In this document: positions 62,084 through 64,000 of the stretch, in pieces
Numbering within the stretch: position 1 is the first letter of the stretch
Layout of the letters: each line of letters starts with the position of its first letter
NCBI RefSeq assembly: GCF_902713615.1
Contig: NC_052149.1
Span: forward strand, 71,103,443 to 71,167,442
Origin: Scyliorhinus canicula
Taxonomy: Eukaryota
Direction of reading: 5' to 3'
DNA length: 64,000 nt
Made by a program: the position numbers and the translations under genes
Notes under the pieces: model-generated
The model's input: the letters and a program-made list of their open reading frames with translations, nothing else
Told to the model about the DNA's origin: nothing
Database searches by the model: none

Positions 62084-62931
62084 TCAATCCTCTTCCTAAC
62101 TGAGGACAGTAATTTTACCTGCACAGTCTTATAAACCAGGTTGTCCTCCTGCTAAAGTGCTAGCCTGGCTCAGTTAAGGCATTCACCCTTGAATCACAAC
62201 ATTGTGGGTTCAAGTCCCACTAACAGACTTGAGCACATAATTCAGACAGATACTTCTGTACTTAAAGGATACAATCTTACGGATGAGGTGTGAAATTGAG
62301 AACCTGTCTGTTTGCTCAGGGGGAGGTAGCAGACTCCATTGAATTATTTGAGAACTTCAAGAAACGTAACTAAAATAAATAGTCTGGTCATTTATTTTAC
62401 GGATGTTTGTGGGACCCCAATCTGGAAACTGGCTGCTTGTGTTCCCTACATTACAAGAAAGGTCCCTTGGGAATGATAGGCCCAGATCAAAGAAGATGGG
62501 TAAACATTTGCAGGATTGTGTGAATAGGATGTGGGACAAATTGGATAGTCTTTCAAAAGGCCGCCAGAGGCACAGTAGTTGAACGGCTTCCTCTGTGCTG
62601 TATTGGTCTATGATTTTATGTCAGGGTGTGTAACCTAAAACCTGGTCAAAGAGGCAGTTTTTAAGCAATGTCTGGAGACGCAGAGAAATGGAAAGTGTTG
62701 AGGAATTCCCGAGTTTGGCCCCAGGACAAGTGAAGGAACAAGTGTGAATGGTTGGGAAAATGATGGCGACCCGGGGGGGGGGTGCAACGGGAGACCCATT
62801 GTCAAGTTCCAAATGGTTAAAGATTCCTTTTTGACCCATACATGGCTTGGAGTGGATAGCACTTGCAAAGTGCTCCATCTGGTGGCTTAACCAAGTACTG
62901 CTAAAATGTATTCAATGTAAGACTTGCATTT

Positions 62932-63423
62932 AATAATAATCTTTATTGTCACAAGTATGCTTCCATTGCAATGAAGTTACTATGAAAAGCCCCTCGTCGC
63001 CACATTCCGCCGCCTGTTCGGGTACACAGAGGGTGAATTCAGAATGTCCAAATTACCTAACAGCACGTCTTTGGGGACTAGTGGGAGGAAACCAGAGCAC
63101 CCGGACAAAACCCACACAGACATAGGGCGAACGTGCAGACTCCGCGCAGACAGTGACCAAGCCAGGAATTGACCCTGGGACCCTGGCGCTGTGAAGCCAC
63201 AGTGCTAACCACTGTGCTGCCGTGCTGTCCTAATATTTAATAATATAGTAATAATAATTGCTTATTGTCATAAGGAGGCTTCAATGAAGTTATTGTGAAA
63301 AGCCCCTAGTCACCGCATTCCGGCGTCTGTTCTGGGAGGCCGGTACGGGAATTGAACCCGCACTGCTAGTCTTGTTCTGCATTGCAAGCCAGCTGTTTAG
63401 CCCATTGTGCTAAACCAGCCCCT
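62932..63423 (-). mobile_element. Two adjacent SINEs sharing the 'gtgacaataaa' tail but with different heads
   Basis: 62932-63230 has the HE1-like head; 63245-63423 has the ggggctggtttagc head. Confidence 0.85.
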
Positions 63424-63936
63424 ATTTCATGACTAAAATAAGCTTTAAAGCCAAATAAGCACTTTCAAGTGTACTAGTGTCGTAATGTAGAACTGAAGCA
63501 GCCAATCTGACCACAAGCTCCCACTAAGAGTCACCAGACTCGAACGTTAGCTCTGTTCTCTCCCCACAGATGCTGGCAGACCTGCTGAGATTGTCCAGAA
63601 CTTTCAGTTTTTGTTTCAGCTTCCAGCATCCGCAGCAATTTGCTTTAATCCCACAAACAGCAATTTGGCGATGACTAAACTACCTCTTTTTGTGTTGATT
63701 GAGTGATGAATATTGGCCGTGGCCCAGAGGATAGCTCCCCAATCATCCCTGAATTAGTGCTGCGTGATCTTTCACATCCACCGAGACAAACGGGGCCTCA
63801 GTTTAACATCTTATTCAAAAGATGAAGCATTTTGAAAATGAAAGAGGAGAATTTTCCAAAAAATGTACTATTACTGACACTGTCCCAACAGCAGAATTTA
63901 CATAATTGAATGGAAGGTTCTTATAACAAATGTTAC

Positions 63937-64000
63937 CTTAATTGCAATATATTCCTTTGCCCAAGTGCAGTTAGCTGGATCAGGAATGTTTCTCACATAC
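63937..64000 (-). CDS. IL12RB2: IL12RB2 penultimate coding exon (Box1), cut by the window edge
   Basis: Reverse strand reads YVRNIPDPANCTWAKEYIAIK|gtaaca; IPDPAN is the Box1 JAK-binding motif. Phase 0 joins the last exon. Confidence 0.92.

Overview
This is vertebrate genomic DNA, about half transposable elements. The repeats (HE1/V-SINE-like and Deu-domain SINEs; CR1, L1/Tx1, Rex-Babar, RTE, Penelope, Gypsy and hAT elements) point to a shark, probably a catshark (inference). Two genes converge tail to tail, as in the mammalian SERBP1/IL12RB2 locus. On the + strand is the 3' part of SERBP1: six confident coding exons at 10871-35645, a candidate extra 45-nt cassette exon and a conserved 3'UTR. 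On the - strand are the last two coding exons of IL12RB2, with Box1 IPDPANCTWAK and the STAT4 docking motif GYIPSN. Most ORF-track entries are repeat-derived or spurious. The most unusual structures are: (1) three retroelement copies carrying a templated patch of non-element DNA, including a 215-bp, ~99% identical inverted copy of the IL12RB2 3'UTR inside a CR1 3' end 12 kb away; (2) three copies of an hAT/Charlie MITE carrying a SINE tail; (3) one SINE head combined with several LINE-derived tails, where tail type tracks target-site duplication (TSD) length; (4) a four-level Gypsy>RTE>SINE>Rex nest whose LTR holds the first canonical poly(A) signal downstream of IL12RB2. Exon, MITE and duplication coordinates were read base by base; edges of old repeats are approximate.
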